Positions 62,860-64,000 of a stretch of 64,000 bases of DNA are shown piece by piece. The stretch is from Dimorphilus gyrociliatus. Lineage: Eukaryota > Animalia > Annelida. Location: NCBI GenBank assembly GCA_904063045.1, contig CAJFCJ010000022.1, forward strand, positions 682,001 through 746,000, given 5' to 3'. The first letter of the stretch is position 1, and every line of letters starts with the position of its first letter. The notes under the pieces were generated by a model. It worked only from the letters and a program-made list of their open reading frames with translations. It made no database searches and was not told the DNA's origin. The position numbers and the translations under genes are program-made.

Positions 62860-64000
62860 TACTCTATACTTCTCTCCTTTTGTCTACTTTTTACAAAATT
62901 CTCAACGCTTCTATAACAAGAAATCACAAACTTTTCAAGTTTACCTTTATTTATATGAAGGTGAGACAGGGGCGGAGCCTGAAGAGGCGGGAAGAGATGG
63001 AGACATTAAACAGGAAATAATTTGATGCTATTTTGACTAGCAATTTACAAGTGTCACTTTTTCCCTTCTCGTCGTCTCTTCGACACCTCGACTTTATTAA
63101 ATTAACTACTGCCTTTGTTCAATTAGACGCTACTTTTTAGCGTGTCGACAACTCAGTAGGGACCTCATGACGTCAGTTTATAAGGGATTTAAATTTCTAA
63201 AGTGTTCCCTCTGAATAAACTTGTCAGCGTGTGCCTACTTTTATTCAAGTGTTTATCTTCTCTTGTTTGTCTGTCGCCAGAAAAAATAGTTGTTTGTTTG
63301 TTTGTTTTATCAGATTTACAAGTTTTTCTTTAATTCTTCGTTCTTCCCTCCCTCAACAACAGGTGAAAAATAAGGTCTATTCCCTTTCGCTACTGTATAT
63401 TTCTAACTATTAACTAGCTCTCAACTTTTCTCTTTCTCCTCCTCCCATCTCTCTCTCTCTCTATCTATCTATCTGTCTATATAGCTATTGGTCTATCTAT
63501 TCGTCTATGCCTGTCTGTTTTTCTCACCACACGTGCTCGAGCGCAAGCAAAAGCACGTCCCACTGTCTTCTACCTTTTTACAACCAATAATGCAAATCAA
63601 ACTAAGTCACGTGCGCCGGTACTCGTGACATTGACGCTTCCGCCGTTCCGGCGTCGTTTTCCAGTTAGACGCTCGTTAAGTTGTTGACGAGCGGGACGTC
63701 TAATTATTTAGTCGTCGAAACCCTAGACGCCCACCCATCGTAGAGCCGATTAAGAGGAAATTTTCTTTGTCGTTATGAGCTAAAAACGAAAATGATTGGG
63801 GAAAAATCGACATTCTTTTGACTATCGACGCCCTGCGGAGACTGAATAAAAGAATTTCCTTGTAGAGTGTGGCTCTTAACTAAACAACTTTAAGCTTTTC
63901 CTTCAACTTTTTATATACTTTACTTTGGACTCTTCAACTGTAACTCTAATTAATTTAACTCTGACTCTTAAACTTTCTTTTTCACCCTCTGCTTTCCGCT

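Noticed and set aside
1-64000. tRNA, rRNA, CRISPR arrays, intact transposase or reverse transcriptase ORFs
   Set aside because: None recognised on either strand by eye; tRNAscan-SE, Infernal and RepeatModeler would be needed to exclude degenerate copies.

Overview
AT-rich animal (invertebrate bilaterian) genomic DNA with spliceosomal GT-AG introns and abundant (AG)n/(TA)n microsatellites; no prokaryotic features. Seven protein-coding genes could be rebuilt exon by exon with consistent intron phases: IDS (-, runs off the left edge), a group I nucleoside diphosphate kinase (+), a cytosolic EndoU (-), two tandem CLC-family chloride transporter/channel paralogues (+), PDE2 (-, with small 5' exons spread to ~41.9 kb) and trachealess/NPAS1-3 (-). 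Most notable: both CLC paralogues carry Gln at the gating-glutamate position (GKEGP-type motif reads AIQGP / SIQGP). They are near-identical over discrete tracts, including introns, that encode the dimer-interface helices and CBS domains, but are diverged elsewhere. Other signals: dispersed TACAGTA/TACTGTA heptamers resembling Tc1/mariner excision footprints, a TAGACGC motif concentrated around trh, and CTCF-like sites. All alignments, counts and homology calls were made by eye or from memory; no searches were run.
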